Shown here: one piece after another, positions 46,015-55,417 of the stretch
Numbering within the stretch: position 1 is the first letter of the stretch
Layout of the letters: each line of letters begins with the position of its first letter
Virus record (IMG/VR): IMGVR_UViG_3300013125_000003
Location: 32,001 to 96,000 of that record
Length of the DNA: 64,000 nt
From: a virus
Strand: one strand, 5' to 3'
Notes under the pieces: model-generated
What the model was told of the DNA's origin: nothing
Databases searched by the model: none
Seen by the model: the letters and a program-made list of their open reading frames with translations, nothing else
Position numbers and translations under genes: made by a program

Positions 46015-47421
46015 TTAATTAAGCTTTTGTTTTTCCGCCTTTTCACTTTCTAACTGAGCCTCCAACTTTTTCATCTTGTCCTTTGTGTCAACACGACCGC
46101 TGTACAACCTCGTAAGAATGGTTCGTGCAGCTGAGTCGAACTTGTTCGTAAATAAAGTGTCGTTCATAGTGAAGATGACATCGTTCGGCACGTCAGCGTC
46201 CCGGTTAGAAATTCGTCCCATGTAAGCATCCGGCGACATGTTGAACTGAATGGTTAGGTTTGGGTACATGGAGTTGAAGTCTCGAAGGGTGATGTACTTG
46301 TAAAAACCTGGAACTGGCTTCATAACGTATGCGCCGTCGTATGTCGATTCCTCGTCGAGATCCTTCTTGTCGTTGGACATGTATCTACCTCTTCCTAAGA
46401 ATTCCCTGCACATGAGAGTTTCGGTGATGAATACCGCGCTGAAAACCTTTGAAACATCGACTCTAGCAAACTTTGAGATAGCAAAAGCTACCTCAAGAAG
46501 CTGCAGTTTATCGTCCATCAGCTTGACAAGGCACGTGTCGATGATGTTGTACTTCACGAAGTTGAAAGTGTCTGACTGCGCTTCTAGCATCGAACCGTAC
46601 TCGTGTTTCAACTTTCCGACACCAAGAACGAGCTCAGCAATGTACTCCAATTTGTAGTTCTCGACAACTTTGTAAGGTTTGGTGTTCATGAAAACTTCCA
46701 TGTAGTCGAGGAGTCCCAAGTGGATCGGCATCTTTGCTTTTCCTATGAGCTTCTCGCACGGCATGTACTTCATCGGCTCGATCTTTAATCGATCGGCTCG
46801 GTTGATCAAGTAGATCCAGTCAAATCCGATCACGTTCCAACCTGTCAAGAACGGTATCTTCGGTAATAACTTGTGAAAGAACGTTCGCATCAGGTCCTCT
46901 TCCTTTTCGAAGTATAGGTACTTTAGCGTGAAATCGGTTTCTATGCCTGCATCCTTAAAGTATTGGTTAACTTCATCGACGAGTCTCTGCTGAGTCTCAA
47001 CGTCAAAGTTTTCCATAGTGGAAAGAGTGTAAACTATGTTGTTCTCTCCGACGAACGTTATGAGGTTGACCTCCATGAGAGCTTTTGCTGGATCAGGAAA
47101 ATCCTGAGAATCAAGCTTTACCTCGATGTCGAGAAAATACTTTCTTGGGCTGTAATCCGAATAGAGACGGGATAGTTCGTCCGGCGTGAGTCTCGACTGA
47201 GTGAGTTCTTCCAGCCTGAACCGGCTGAGCCACTTGCTAGGAGATTTACGTAAAAAACGATTGTCCCAGTTCCTAAATTCGGTAGGGTTTGCGGTAACCG
47301 TCCAGTTGAACTGATCTACTGCTGGTATTGGTTTCTGTATAAACGCAACTTTGCCAGTCTCATCGTAGTAGGAGACGACTAGCATGGCTTCATCGACTTT
47401 AAATTCGGTGCTTACTATCAT
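46015..47421 (-). CDS. Family B DNA polymerase, N-terminal subunit (gp43A-like: exonuclease plus palm motif A)
   Basis: Exo I FLDIEV, Exo II GWNVIGFD, Exo III YNIID, YDGAYV and motif A DFNSMYP. Ends in the first fingers helix with no motif B or C. Confidence 0.9.
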   Translation of the reverse strand: MIVSTEFKVDEAMLVVSYYDETGKVAFIQKPIPAVDQFNWTVTANPTEFRNWDNRFLRKSPSKWLSRFRLEELTQSRLTPDELSRLYSDYSPRKYFLDIEVKLDSQDFPDPAKALMEVNLITFVGENNIVYTLSTMENFDVETQQRLVDEVNQYFKDAGIETDFTLKYLYFEKEEDLMRTFFHKLLPKIPFLTGWNVIGFDWIYLINRADRLKIEPMKYMPCEKLIGKAKMPIHLGLLDYMEVFMNTKPYKVVENYKLEYIAELVLGVGKLKHEYGSMLEAQSDTFNFVKYNIIDTCLVKLMDDKLQLLEVAFAISKFARVDVSKVFSAVFITETLMCREFLGRGRYMSNDKKDLDEESTYDGAYVMKPVPGFYKYITLRDFNSMYPNLTIQFNMSPDAYMGRISNRDADVPNDVIFTMNDTLFTNKFDSAARTILTRLYSGRVDTKDKMKKLEAQLESEKAEKQKLN

Positions 47422-47707
47422 TTTCTTGATTTTCTTCTACGTAATACGGCGAACAGTTCAAGTAATCGAAAGCAAACAGCTTTCGTACGGATTCTTCAGA
47501 AAGTCCGCGTTCCTTCGAAAGAGCGGATATTGCCCAAGCGTACCACTCATCGTGCTGCGCTTTTGTGACCGGGTAAAGTTTGAACCACTCTGGGCTCTGA
47601 AGAACTTCCTTTGGTTGTTCGGCAATAACTTGCTCAACCGTTTTCTTGTGGTACTTTTTGAGCCACCAGTTCAGCATGTCATCTCGAGTTAACCGTTTCT
47701 TTTTCAT
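47399..47707 (-). CDS. Hypothetical protein
   Basis: Likely ATG at 47707 (MKKKRLTRDD). Confidence 0.6.
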   Translation of the reverse strand: MKKKRLTRDDMLNWWLKKYHKKTVEQVIAEQPKEVLQSPEWFKLYPVTKAQHDEWYAWAISALSKERGLSEESVRKLFAFDYLNCSPYYVEENQENDSKHRI

Positions 47708-47723
47708 TAACTTACCAAAATTT

Positions 47724-48203
47724 TTAACGTGTAGCTTCCATAGCTTCAGATTTAGTGTCGGTTGACCCAAAACCGCCGTCACCTCTTTCCGATTGAACCG
47801 GAAACACTTCTTCCAGCGTGTTGCACTCTTCCAGGTCAGCGTGAGCTACTGGAATTAAAAGAAATTGAACCAGTTTCATGCCTGGGGCAATTTCTACCGC
47901 TCCGTCAGCTTTTGTGTTGTAAACGTGAATGTGAATCTCACCCTGGTAATCGCTGTCCACCACACAAGCTCCGACTTGAAGTCTCTTCTTGGTAGCTATT
48001 CCGCTCTTGTTGTGCGTGATTAACGCGTAACCATCCGGTACTCTAGCTTTTATTCCGCTAGGGATGAGAATATCCTCTCCTGGGTTTAACCGTTGCTCAG
48101 GAAAAGCTTCTGGAACGAAAAAATCAATGCCAGCAGAACCCAGAGTTCCGTACGAAGGTGTTTTAACCTCCTTAGTCTTTATGAATCGCAGTTTAGGTTG
48201 CAT
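47724..48203 (-). CDS. dut: Trimeric dUTPase
   Basis: SAGIDF, NKSG, VVDSDYQGEI, RGDGGFGST. Confidence 0.93.
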   Translation of the reverse strand: MQPKLRFIKTKEVKTPSYGTLGSAGIDFFVPEAFPEQRLNPGEDILIPSGIKARVPDGYALITHNKSGIATKKRLQVGACVVDSDYQGEIHIHVYNTKADGAVEIAPGMKLVQFLLIPVAHADLEECNTLEEVFPVQSERGDGGFGSTDTKSEAMEATR

Positions 48204-48224
48204 AATTAGTCATTTTTATGTCAT

Positions 48225-48251
48225 CTTTTATTGAGAACAGCGAAACGGTTT
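48225..48251 (-). promoter_or_regulatory. Bipartite promoter AAACC-N16-TAAAAG
   Basis: Upstream of the dut-polB N-half operon. Confidence 0.65.
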
Positions 48252-48272
48252 AGGTTTGGTAGGTAAGAATCT

Positions 48273-48340
48273 GATAAATAACTTCAGTTGTGACCTGTCA
48301 TTTTCCCAGAAAGTCGATTTTGGGAACAGGGTGATAAATA
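48273..48340 (+). promoter_or_regulatory. Tandem late promoters GATAAATA (48273 and 48333) flanking a hairpin
   Basis: Two motif copies upstream of the tail sheath gene, with an inverted repeat at 48294-48330 between them. Confidence 0.65.
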
Positions 48341-48369
48341 AATAACCTAAAAAATAACGATAGCACACG

Positions 48370-51300
48370 ATGGCAGAAAAATTAAATCTGAACAGGTTCA
48401 AGTCAAGTGGCGTATACACAGTAGAGATAGATGAGAGCCAGAACTTAGCTCTCCCGATCTCGACCGGGCGGCTTGTTATCGGTTCTAGCAAAAAGGGCCC
48501 TATCAACTCAGTTGTGTTGGTAGACAGCACTCGAACCAGCCAGATCGTATACGGGGAGCTTGACACCAAGCTAGAGAAAAACGGCAGCTACTTCCACAGG
48601 ACGATTGATGTTGCTCTAAGGCAAGGACCTGTTTACGCTTTAAACGTCCTTCCTGTCTCCGCAACCGACGAAGCTTACTTCGCTACTTTCAACTCTGAAT
48701 CAGCTTCCAACAACGCGGTTTGGGACAATACCAACTACAAGAGCAGCATGTCCAATTTCTACAACACACAGAAACTGTGGTTTGCAGACGTTGACATGGT
48801 TAACAAGTGGAAAAACATTGAGCTGGGAGATGACTACATTCTCAACCCAGCGCAGCACGGAGCAGCCGATCGCGATGCAAACAAGATCCTAACGGTAGTA
48901 AATCTTTCAAGGAAAGATGTTACCGCTTGGGTAAGAATAGCAGACGTTACTGGATACGACATAACCGTCAAGGAATACTACGCCCTCCTTGGTGACAAAG
49001 TTCAGATCCCAGAATTCTTGAACCCGGACGACATCGTTCAGGACTACTTCGTCGAAGTCATCGTCGTTGAAGGAGACTGGACCGATTACTTGAAGCTATC
49101 GAGCGACCCGGTTTACAGCCAATACTTCACCGCATCAGGTATCATCAGTTCAAAGATCAACGATTTTACCGCACTGAAAGAAGTTACTCTGTACGCTAAG
49201 ACTGTTGGATGCATCATCCCAGAGTTCAGGGACCTCACAGGAACCATCGTAGCTATAGACACAGTGTTCAATCGTAAGTTTCCGGAAACCGGAGTATTCG
49301 TAGCACTCGACTACAAGAAAGTCGACATGATCGACCTAACGAACGCTACTTTTGACAGCGGTTCAGATACAGAACCTATGGCAGAACAAAGAATCGATCT
49401 AATCGGTCACGGTGTTGATGAACTCAGCATCGCTAACGGAACTCACGCAGCTTACGTGGTTGACGACGGTATAACCGCAGTTGACCCAGTAGCTATGATC
49501 GACACGCTCAGCTACAGAAAACCTATTGACTGCGCATTCTACTTCAAACTCACGACCTACGTACCGACTTACATCGACGGCCAGATCTACATAAATGCTG
49601 AAACTCCTACCGAGATAATCGCAACGGAAGCAAGCAAACTCTACAAAGCATGGATGAAGGGTATCGTAAAGAACGGTGATTACCTGAAATACGGAACTCC
49701 TACTCCAACTACTCTGTACATAGCATCTGACGGTTTCATCAAAACTCAGGGCGCTGTTAAGTACATCACTTTCCAAGCATTCACTGACGTTACTAGGACA
49801 AACCAGGTAGACGCAGAATCGATAACTGACGCTGGCCGCGATTACCTATGGATAGTCAACCAGACTTCAGATTTCTACAGGATGGACTTTGACATGACCG
49901 ACACTGATTACTTCATCTCCTACCAGTACTTCGCACCGAACAGGCTGGTCTTCGAGATCGATCCTACTCTGTACGGAAATCCTAGCAGAAACGAAACTTC
50001 AAACGCAGCCGTTGGCTTCCCGTACGATGCAACGAAGAGAGCAAACATCGACAACTTCTTTAAGGTCGGTCGTTACCTCCAAGCAAACATCGTAGCAGGA
50101 ACCGAACGTGGTCGTATGCTTCGCATCAACTCTGTATCAGCACAGAAAGTTACCAAGAGTCCATACGGTCCTTCTGGAGTAACTGTAACTGTTCTGAAGT
50201 ACACAGTAACCACATCAGCACCGGCTGACGTTAACAACCTTGGTATCAAGCTCACCGGAACTACGGTTCGTGCTTACAAGGGAATAAAGAATTACATCAC
50301 AAGCTTAGTAGGACAGAAAGTTCCGGCTATGAACCTCAACGACCTCAACTTGTACCCTAACGGTACAGCTGATCGTCAGAACGACATACTGGACTTCCTA
50401 TTCGACGGAAGCAACTTAGCATCGACCCTAGCTGACAACGAAACCCTGGACTTCAGGTACCTCATCGACTCGTTCGAAGGACAGATCTACCCAGGATCGA
50501 AACAGCAACTAGCTCAGCTAGCAGCTGATCACGGAAAGCTCTTCGTAATCGCAAACTCTCCGTCCTTCGCACAGTACGAAAGGTCAGTCAACCCAAGCTT
50601 CATCGATTTAACGACTCGCTTGGTATCGACCGAGTACATTTCAACTGGAGGCGACCTGAGCTCTAACCCGGATTACTTGTTCACCTTTGCAACTGGTGAA
50701 AAGAACGGAATCCCACTATCTTCCTACGCAGCTTACTTCATGCCGAACATCGTTATTTTCGAAAACGGAAAGAACAAATCGATCCCTCCGGCAATGTACG
50801 TGGCAAACGCGTTCATGAAGAAGTACAACAGCGGAAACACCTTCTCTATCGTAGCTGGTAAGAGAGGCATCCTGACCGATCCTGAAATAACAGGACTCGA
50901 ATACGATCTCACAAACAGCGATAGAGATTATTTGGAACCAGCAGGTTTCAACCTGATCGTTCGTCGTAGGGGATTCGGAGTCATGGTGTTCTCAAACAAC
51001 ACTGGTTACCAAAGAGTAAAATCGGCTCTGAACAACATTCACGTAAGGGAAGCTCTCATCACAATCGAAAGAGACGTTGAACGCATCCTCCTGAACTTCC
51101 TGTTCGATTGGAACGATGTTACGACGAGAATGAGAGTAAAGACCATGATCAAGAATTACTTGGCAGCTGTACAAGACGCTCGCGGAATTTCCTGGTTCGA
51201 CGTTATCTTCGACGATAGCAACAACACGACAGAAGTTCTCGAGAACAATGCAGGAGTTGTCGACATCTTGGTTGACTTCCCAAGAGGAATCCACAAGTTC

Positions 51301-51375
51301 ATCAACCGTATCACTATCACACGGGTTGGAGGACAGCTTTCATCACAGTCAACAGGTTTTACCCCATCCTTCTAA
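48370..51375 (+). CDS. Tail sheath protein (gp18-like)
   Basis: SSGVYTVEIDES, GSSKKGPIN, IPPAMYV, AGKRG, SALNNIHVRE, FLFDWND..TR. Confidence 0.92.
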   Translation: MAEKLNLNRFKSSGVYTVEIDESQNLALPISTGRLVIGSSKKGPINSVVLVDSTRTSQIVYGELDTKLEKNGSYFHRTIDVALRQGPVYALNVLPVSATDEAYFATFNSESASNNAVWDNTNYKSSMSNFYNTQKLWFADVDMVNKWKNIELGDDYILNPAQHGAADRDANKILTVVNLSRKDVTAWVRIADVTGYDITVKEYYALLGDKVQIPEFLNPDDIVQDYFVEVIVVEGDWTDYLKLSSDPVYSQYFTASGIISSKINDFTALKEVTLYAKTVGCIIPEFRDLTGTIVAIDTVFNRKFPETGVFVALDYKKVDMIDLTNATFDSGSDTEPMAEQRIDLIGHGVDELSIANGTHAAYVVDDGITAVDPVAMIDTLSYRKPIDCAFYFKLTTYVPTYIDGQIYINAETPTEIIATEASKLYKAWMKGIVKNGDYLKYGTPTPTTLYIASDGFIKTQGAVKYITFQAFTDVTRTNQVDAESITDAGRDYLWIVNQTSDFYRMDFDMTDTDYFISYQYFAPNRLVFEIDPTLYGNPSRNETSNAAVGFPYDATKRANIDNFFKVGRYLQANIVAGTERGRMLRINSVSAQKVTKSPYGPSGVTVTVLKYTVTTSAPADVNNLGIKLTGTTVRAYKGIKNYITSLVGQKVPAMNLNDLNLYPNGTADRQNDILDFLFDGSNLASTLADNETLDFRYLIDSFEGQIYPGSKQQLAQLAADHGKLFVIANSPSFAQYERSVNPSFIDLTTRLVSTEYISTGGDLSSNPDYLFTFATGEKNGIPLSSYAAYFMPNIVIFENGKNKSIPPAMYVANAFMKKYNSGNTFSIVAGKRGILTDPEITGLEYDLTNSDRDYLEPAGFNLIVRRRGFGVMVFSNNTGYQRVKSALNNIHVREALITIERDVERILLNFLFDWNDVTTRMRVKTMIKNYLAAVQDARGISWFDVIFDDSNNTTEVLENNAGVVDILVDFPRGIHKFINRITITRVGGQLSSQSTGFTPSF

Positions 51376-51400
51376 CCCGACATTTGGTTTTGTTGAAAAG

Positions 51401-51427
51401 AAAAAGGAGCTCGCTGAGCTCCTTTTT
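51401..51427. terminator. Bidirectional intrinsic terminator
   Basis: A5, GGAGCTC-GCT-GAGCTCC hairpin, T5. Confidence 0.85.
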
Positions 51428-51480
51428 CGTTTTAGGCTGACCGATTTGGTCAACTCCACCACTCGGTTTAAGTCCGAGAA

Positions 51481-52152
51481 CTATGCGCCTTGATCGGCTG
51501 TTTCTTCTTCCTGTGGGGTTTCGTCCGCTTCTGTGTCAGGTTCTTCTTCAAACCCTCCCTGAAGCTTTGAAATGATTTCTTCCAATAACCTAATAGTATC
51601 TGTCGAATCATCGTGAAGTATGCCGGTTCCGCCAGCAGCGGTCCATTTTTCGATGTTACTCTTCTTGTCGTCTATGAGTATGTCGTTCGCCGTCTTGACA
51701 AAGAGTTCCTTCTTGTTCGAAAAGATGATCCTCTTTTCTGGTTCAGCTTCCAGTTCCTCTGGCGTTTCAATACCCTTTTTCTGGTTTATGCCCAAGTTCA
51801 ATTTAAGCCACATCAGCTTACCTTCCTTAGAGTACTCGCTTCGGCTCGGAGCAGACAGAATGTAGGGGCTGTACCTTTCTAAGTAATCCCAAAGTTCGCG
51901 ACCGTCTCCGGTCCAAGGTAATCTCTTCCAGAACTTTTCCTTCCGTTTGTCTACGATCTGCCATATAGAATGACGACCGTGCTTCTTTTCGTACTCGTCT
52001 GGCGTGTGATGGTGCAGGTTCAGCTTCATTCTCTTAAAACCACGATCGAAGTCCGTTAGAACTCCGTCCATGTCGCAAAATATCCTAACCGGTGAAGATT
52101 GGGATTTTTGCTCGGCTATGAATTGCGTGAACCTTAAAACTTTGTTATGCAT
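51481..52152 (-). CDS. HAD 5'(3')-deoxyribonucleotidase (NT5C-like)
   Basis: IFCDMDGVLTDF, ILSAP, K..W, LIDD; N-terminal VLRFTQFIAE leader. Confidence 0.8.
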   Translation of the reverse strand: MHNKVLRFTQFIAEQKSQSSPVRIFCDMDGVLTDFDRGFKRMKLNLHHHTPDEYEKKHGRHSIWQIVDKRKEKFWKRLPWTGDGRELWDYLERYSPYILSAPSRSEYSKEGKLMWLKLNLGINQKKGIETPEELEAEPEKRIIFSNKKELFVKTANDILIDDKKSNIEKWTAAGGTGILHDDSTDTIRLLEEIISKLQGGFEEEPDTEADETPQEEETADQGA

Positions 52153-52468
52153 AATCTTTGAGTTCGAACGATTTGTTTATAGACTTATCTATAATGCCAA
52201 CCAAATCGTTTGCCATGACCAGGTGATAGATCTGGCCGTCGACTTCAACGTCAAAACCAGCGTACCTCAAGTAAAGAACGTGGTCTCCGGGTTTTATCGG
52301 ACAGTTCTTTTGGGAAACGAGGTGGCCCACTTCGACCACTATCCCAGTGTTGGGTCTCTTTCTTGATTCTACTGGCAGGATGATGCCGGTCTCGGTTCTT
52401 TTTTCAACCTCATCAGGTTTTATCATCACTCTTTCGAATAGAGGGGTAAATCCAACTGCGTTTTCCAT
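52145..52468 (-). CDS. groES: Co-chaperonin GroES
   Basis: PLFERVMIKP...TETGIILP...GIVVEVG...GDHVLY..YAG. Confidence 0.92.
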   Translation of the reverse strand: MENAVGFTPLFERVMIKPDEVEKRTETGIILPVESRKRPNTGIVVEVGHLVSQKNCPIKPGDHVLYLRYAGFDVEVDGQIYHLVMANDLVGIIDKSINKSFELKDYA

Positions 52469-53577
52469 TAGGTCTTGTAATTTTTTTTGAACCTAAAGTA
52501 GTTGAAGCGTTTTCTGTTGTCCAGGTTAACCGAACGTTTCATCGCTTCCACCAATTCCTTAGGCATGACCGCTGTGCTCAATCGTATAAGCTTGCGGTTT
52601 CGGTTCAGGTTGTTCAGGATCGTCTGAGATTCACCAGGATCACTTATCTTCAGAGTGTCACATATTACCTTATGCAAGAAATCCATGAAAGCTGGGTCAC
52701 CTGAATCAACTAAGTTTTTTACGTCGTTCCACTCAACGGTTTCCTTGATCTTGTCCATAGCTTTAACGACTTTGGAAGGAGTAAACTTTTCGTGAACTCT
52801 AGGAATGTTATCAGAACTATCGCCAGCTAGAATCTTCATTAGAATATCAGCTGATGGGTTGATTCGGTGGTGCTGGTAATCTTTAGTGATCAAGTCTGTC
52901 AGGACGTTCACAACTGCCGAATTATCAACGCTTTCCAGGTCGAAATTGAACAAATCAACGTCCTTTCTTTCGATCGGTTCAAACGTTTCCGTTGTGTAAA
53001 TTTTCTTGAACTTGGTCATCATCTTAGGCATCAGGAGAATGACTTTTCTCTTTTCACTTTCGAGTAATTGAGTAAGGTCCTTATCAACTGACCACAAGCA
53101 GATGTCTTCGTTGACGTTTTCACAGATGTACGCGATCAGATCATCTCCCTCTGCTCCAGGAACTCGGCTGGTGATTACACCGTACTCTTCAACTAGTAAT
53201 GGTAAGAGCTCGTCCTGAAAGTAATCGAAGAATAAGTATGACTTATCGTCGTACTTGCGAGTGCCCTTGTAAGCAAAGTCTCCCTCGCCGTGTTCCTCAA
53301 CGTGATCCTTTATGAACTGTTTTCTCCAACTCTTAGAGTCGAAAACTATGAATACTGACGTGATGTTTTCCTTGAACGGAGCAAAGATGCTTCCTAGGTA
53401 ATTCAGTGAGAATTTTTTGAACTGATCTTTGCTTGCCTGCTTTAGCATGAACTTATCGTCCGATAGTAAATCGTTGACGTAATACCGCTCTCCGATCGAA
53501 CGGTCGTTTGCGAGAATATTCTTGACAATGCTGGTAGCTACGTTTAGAAATGCATTACCGTCGATTACTATGTTCAT
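52468..53577 (-). CDS. rnh: RNase H / 5'-3' exonuclease (T4 rnh, FEN family)
   Basis: IDGN, FDSKSWRK, YKGTR, EGDDLI, DKDLTQL, GDSSDNIP. Confidence 0.88.
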   Translation of the reverse strand: MNIVIDGNAFLNVATSIVKNILANDRSIGERYYVNDLLSDDKFMLKQASKDQFKKFSLNYLGSIFAPFKENITSVFIVFDSKSWRKQFIKDHVEEHGEGDFAYKGTRKYDDKSYLFFDYFQDELLPLLVEEYGVITSRVPGAEGDDLIAYICENVNEDICLWSVDKDLTQLLESEKRKVILLMPKMMTKFKKIYTTETFEPIERKDVDLFNFDLESVDNSAVVNVLTDLITKDYQHHRINPSADILMKILAGDSSDNIPRVHEKFTPSKVVKAMDKIKETVEWNDVKNLVDSGDPAFMDFLHKVICDTLKISDPGESQTILNNLNRNRKLIRLSTAVMPKELVEAMKRSVNLDNRKRFNYFRFKKNYKT

Positions 53578-53921
53578 GGTTGTTTTTCTTCAGGTGGTGA
53601 CTGCTGTGATTCTTCTTTATTCTGAGCGGCTTGCATCGCTTCTTGAGTGTGAACCTTCAAGCGTTTTATAGCTCGCGATATTAGTTCTGACTCTTCTAAA
53701 TTGTACGCACCTTTAGCTTGAGCGTACCGAGCAGCAGCTATCAAAACGATGAGGACTTGCTGGGAAGTCATCGTTGTTAGGAATAGTTCCCAATCCTCTT
53801 CGTTATCGTAACTAATAGACCCAAGCAATCTAGCGATTGGCTTGGTCTGATCAATTTTCTCAGCTGAAACAGCTGCCTCCTTGTTAGGGGAGGCAGCGTC
53901 AGCGGTAGGATTTTCTACCAT
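53574..53921 (-). CDS. Hypothetical protein
   Basis: 115-aa ORF in the gp32-rnh operon. Confidence 0.65.
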   Translation of the reverse strand: MVENPTADAASPNKEAAVSAEKIDQTKPIARLLGSISYDNEEDWELFLTTMTSQQVLIVLIAAARYAQAKGAYNLEESELISRAIKRLKVHTQEAMQAAQNKEESQQSPPEEKQP

Positions 53922-53942
53922 GGTAGGTCTGTGGTTTAATTT

Positions 53943-55037
53943 TTACATGTCGGCCAGAAGGTCGTCAAGGTCGGTACTCTTCGCTCCGGCTTTTTCCTTT
54001 CCTGTTGTTGCAGGTGGTGCAGTTGGAGCTGGCATTTCTTCCGGTTCAGGTTCGCTGATGTCTTCCGGACCACCGTCTGGTTCGTCAAGTTCTACTGATA
54101 TAGACTGACTTTTAGACTGAGGAGCTGGAGCTGGAGTGAATTCAAGTTCCTCGCCGGCTGGAGCAGTGCGCTTCGTAGCCGGTTTAGTTGAAGTAAAGAG
54201 TTTCTTCATCTTCTCATCCCTTAAGCCTGCTACCAAGTTATCGATGATCTGCTTGTACGGAACGATCGCTTTGATGAACTCTGCAATCTTCACGTATTCC
54301 TCTTCTGTCCATTCCTTTAGGAAGTACTGGCTGAGGTCAGGCGAATTTTCTAGAAGGAACTTCTTGGTGAAATTCATCACCTTCGGATCCGCTGATACTG
54401 GAATTTCCTTGCCGCCATGAGAGATGATCAGCGGACTGACTTCTTTCATGAACTTGCTGGAGGTGTAGTCTCTCCACGATTTGGTCTTACGCTTTACGAC
54501 TAGAACGAAATCCTTACCCTCAGTGAGAGAGTACGGGTTGATCGACTGCTCGACGACAAGCTCCGATTCCGGGTGAAGTTCCTGCTGGATGAGGTTGTCA
54601 ATACCGTAACCGAAAGAGTAAACTTTGATCTTTCCTTCGAGATTTTCGAACTGCGGATCTCTCTTGATGTAGATGCAAGAGAAGTAGTTGTAGCAACGGT
54701 TAAAGTACTTTTTGATTTCCTCAACGGTCTGAGGTTCGGATTCCTTTAGGTTCTTGAGTTCTAAGTCAAGCGACCATAGGATTGATGGTGCTCCGGTTGT
54801 GGACGGACAATCAACGAAAATTTTCTCGTTGGTTAACGGGTTTTGAAGTTTTGCTGAGTACTTTTTGTACTTGCTCTTTGCCGGGTCTTGTGCCCAAGGA
54901 ATGAAACGAATGATTGATTTGTAAACTCCGTTCTGCCCTTGATCGGGTCCTGGGTTGTAAAGGTTTTCGTCAACTTTTCGAGTGCCTCCTGATTTACCGG
55001 TAAAATCGTCTGGATTAAGATTAAAAAGGTCTTCCAT
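53943..55037 (-). CDS. Single-stranded DNA-binding protein (gp32-like)
   Basis: IIRFIP, IYIKRDPQ..NLEGKIKVYSFG, PYSLTEGKDF, YTSSKF; acidic tail DLDDLLADM. Confidence 0.88.
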   Translation of the reverse strand: MEDLFNLNPDDFTGKSGGTRKVDENLYNPGPDQGQNGVYKSIIRFIPWAQDPAKSKYKKYSAKLQNPLTNEKIFVDCPSTTGAPSILWSLDLELKNLKESEPQTVEEIKKYFNRCYNYFSCIYIKRDPQFENLEGKIKVYSFGYGIDNLIQQELHPESELVVEQSINPYSLTEGKDFVLVVKRKTKSWRDYTSSKFMKEVSPLIISHGGKEIPVSADPKVMNFTKKFLLENSPDLSQYFLKEWTEEEYVKIAEFIKAIVPYKQIIDNLVAGLRDEKMKKLFTSTKPATKRTAPAGEELEFTPAPAPQSKSQSISVELDEPDGGPEDISEPEPEEMPAPTAPPATTGKEKAGAKSTDLDDLLADM

Positions 55038-55078
55038 TTTTCAAATGTGATTTTTTAGGGGTGTTATTTTTACTTATT

Positions 55079-55105
55079 CTTTTACACAGAAGGCGGCAAA
55101 GGTTT
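55079..55105 (-). promoter_or_regulatory. Bipartite promoter AAACC-N16-TAAAAG
   Basis: Upstream of gp32. Confidence 0.65.
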
Positions 55106-55108
55106 CAC

Positions 55109-55142
55109 AAAAAATGGGCAAAAGTTTTCACTTCTGCCCATT
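55109..55142 (-). terminator. Intrinsic terminator after the Hc1-like gene
   Basis: AATGGGCA...TGCCCATT stem with a U-tract on the minus strand. Confidence 0.7.
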
Positions 55143-55173
55143 CAGATTAAAGAAAGGAGGTACTTTGATCTGC

Positions 55174-55359
55174 TTACTGCTTAACCGAAGCCTTCACATT
55201 CTGGATGTCGTTACGACCTTCCTGGGAAAGCTGTTTAATATCCTGCAGAAGCTTGCGGGCGCGGGTACCAGCTGAGTTGTTTCCCTTGTTGTAGAATTTG
55301 TTGTGCTCAACTTCGAGTTCGCTGACCGCGGTTTTGATTTGTTCTAACCAATTTGCCAT
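55174..55359 (-). CDS. Histone H1-like (Hc1-family) nucleoid protein
   Basis: KFYNKGNNSAGTRARKLLQDIK matches the Hc1-family signature (KF..KGNK.AG.RARK). Confidence 0.8.
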   Translation of the reverse strand: MANWLEQIKTAVSELEVEHNKFYNKGNNSAGTRARKLLQDIKQLSQEGRNDIQNVKASVKQ

Positions 55360-55390
55360 GTTCTTGTTGTTTATTTTAAGGATTTGAATT

Positions 55391-55417
55391 ATTATATTTG
55401 TGAAAAGAAATCGGTTT
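55391..55417 (-). promoter_or_regulatory. Bipartite promoter AAACC-N16-TATAAT
   Basis: Upstream of the Hc1-like gene. Confidence 0.72.

Noticed and set aside
45285-46080. Frameshift, intron or split intein continuing the polymerase into the downstream ORF
   Set aside because: No motif B or C was seen downstream and there are no intein terminal motifs. Motif B is found at nt 1-123 instead.
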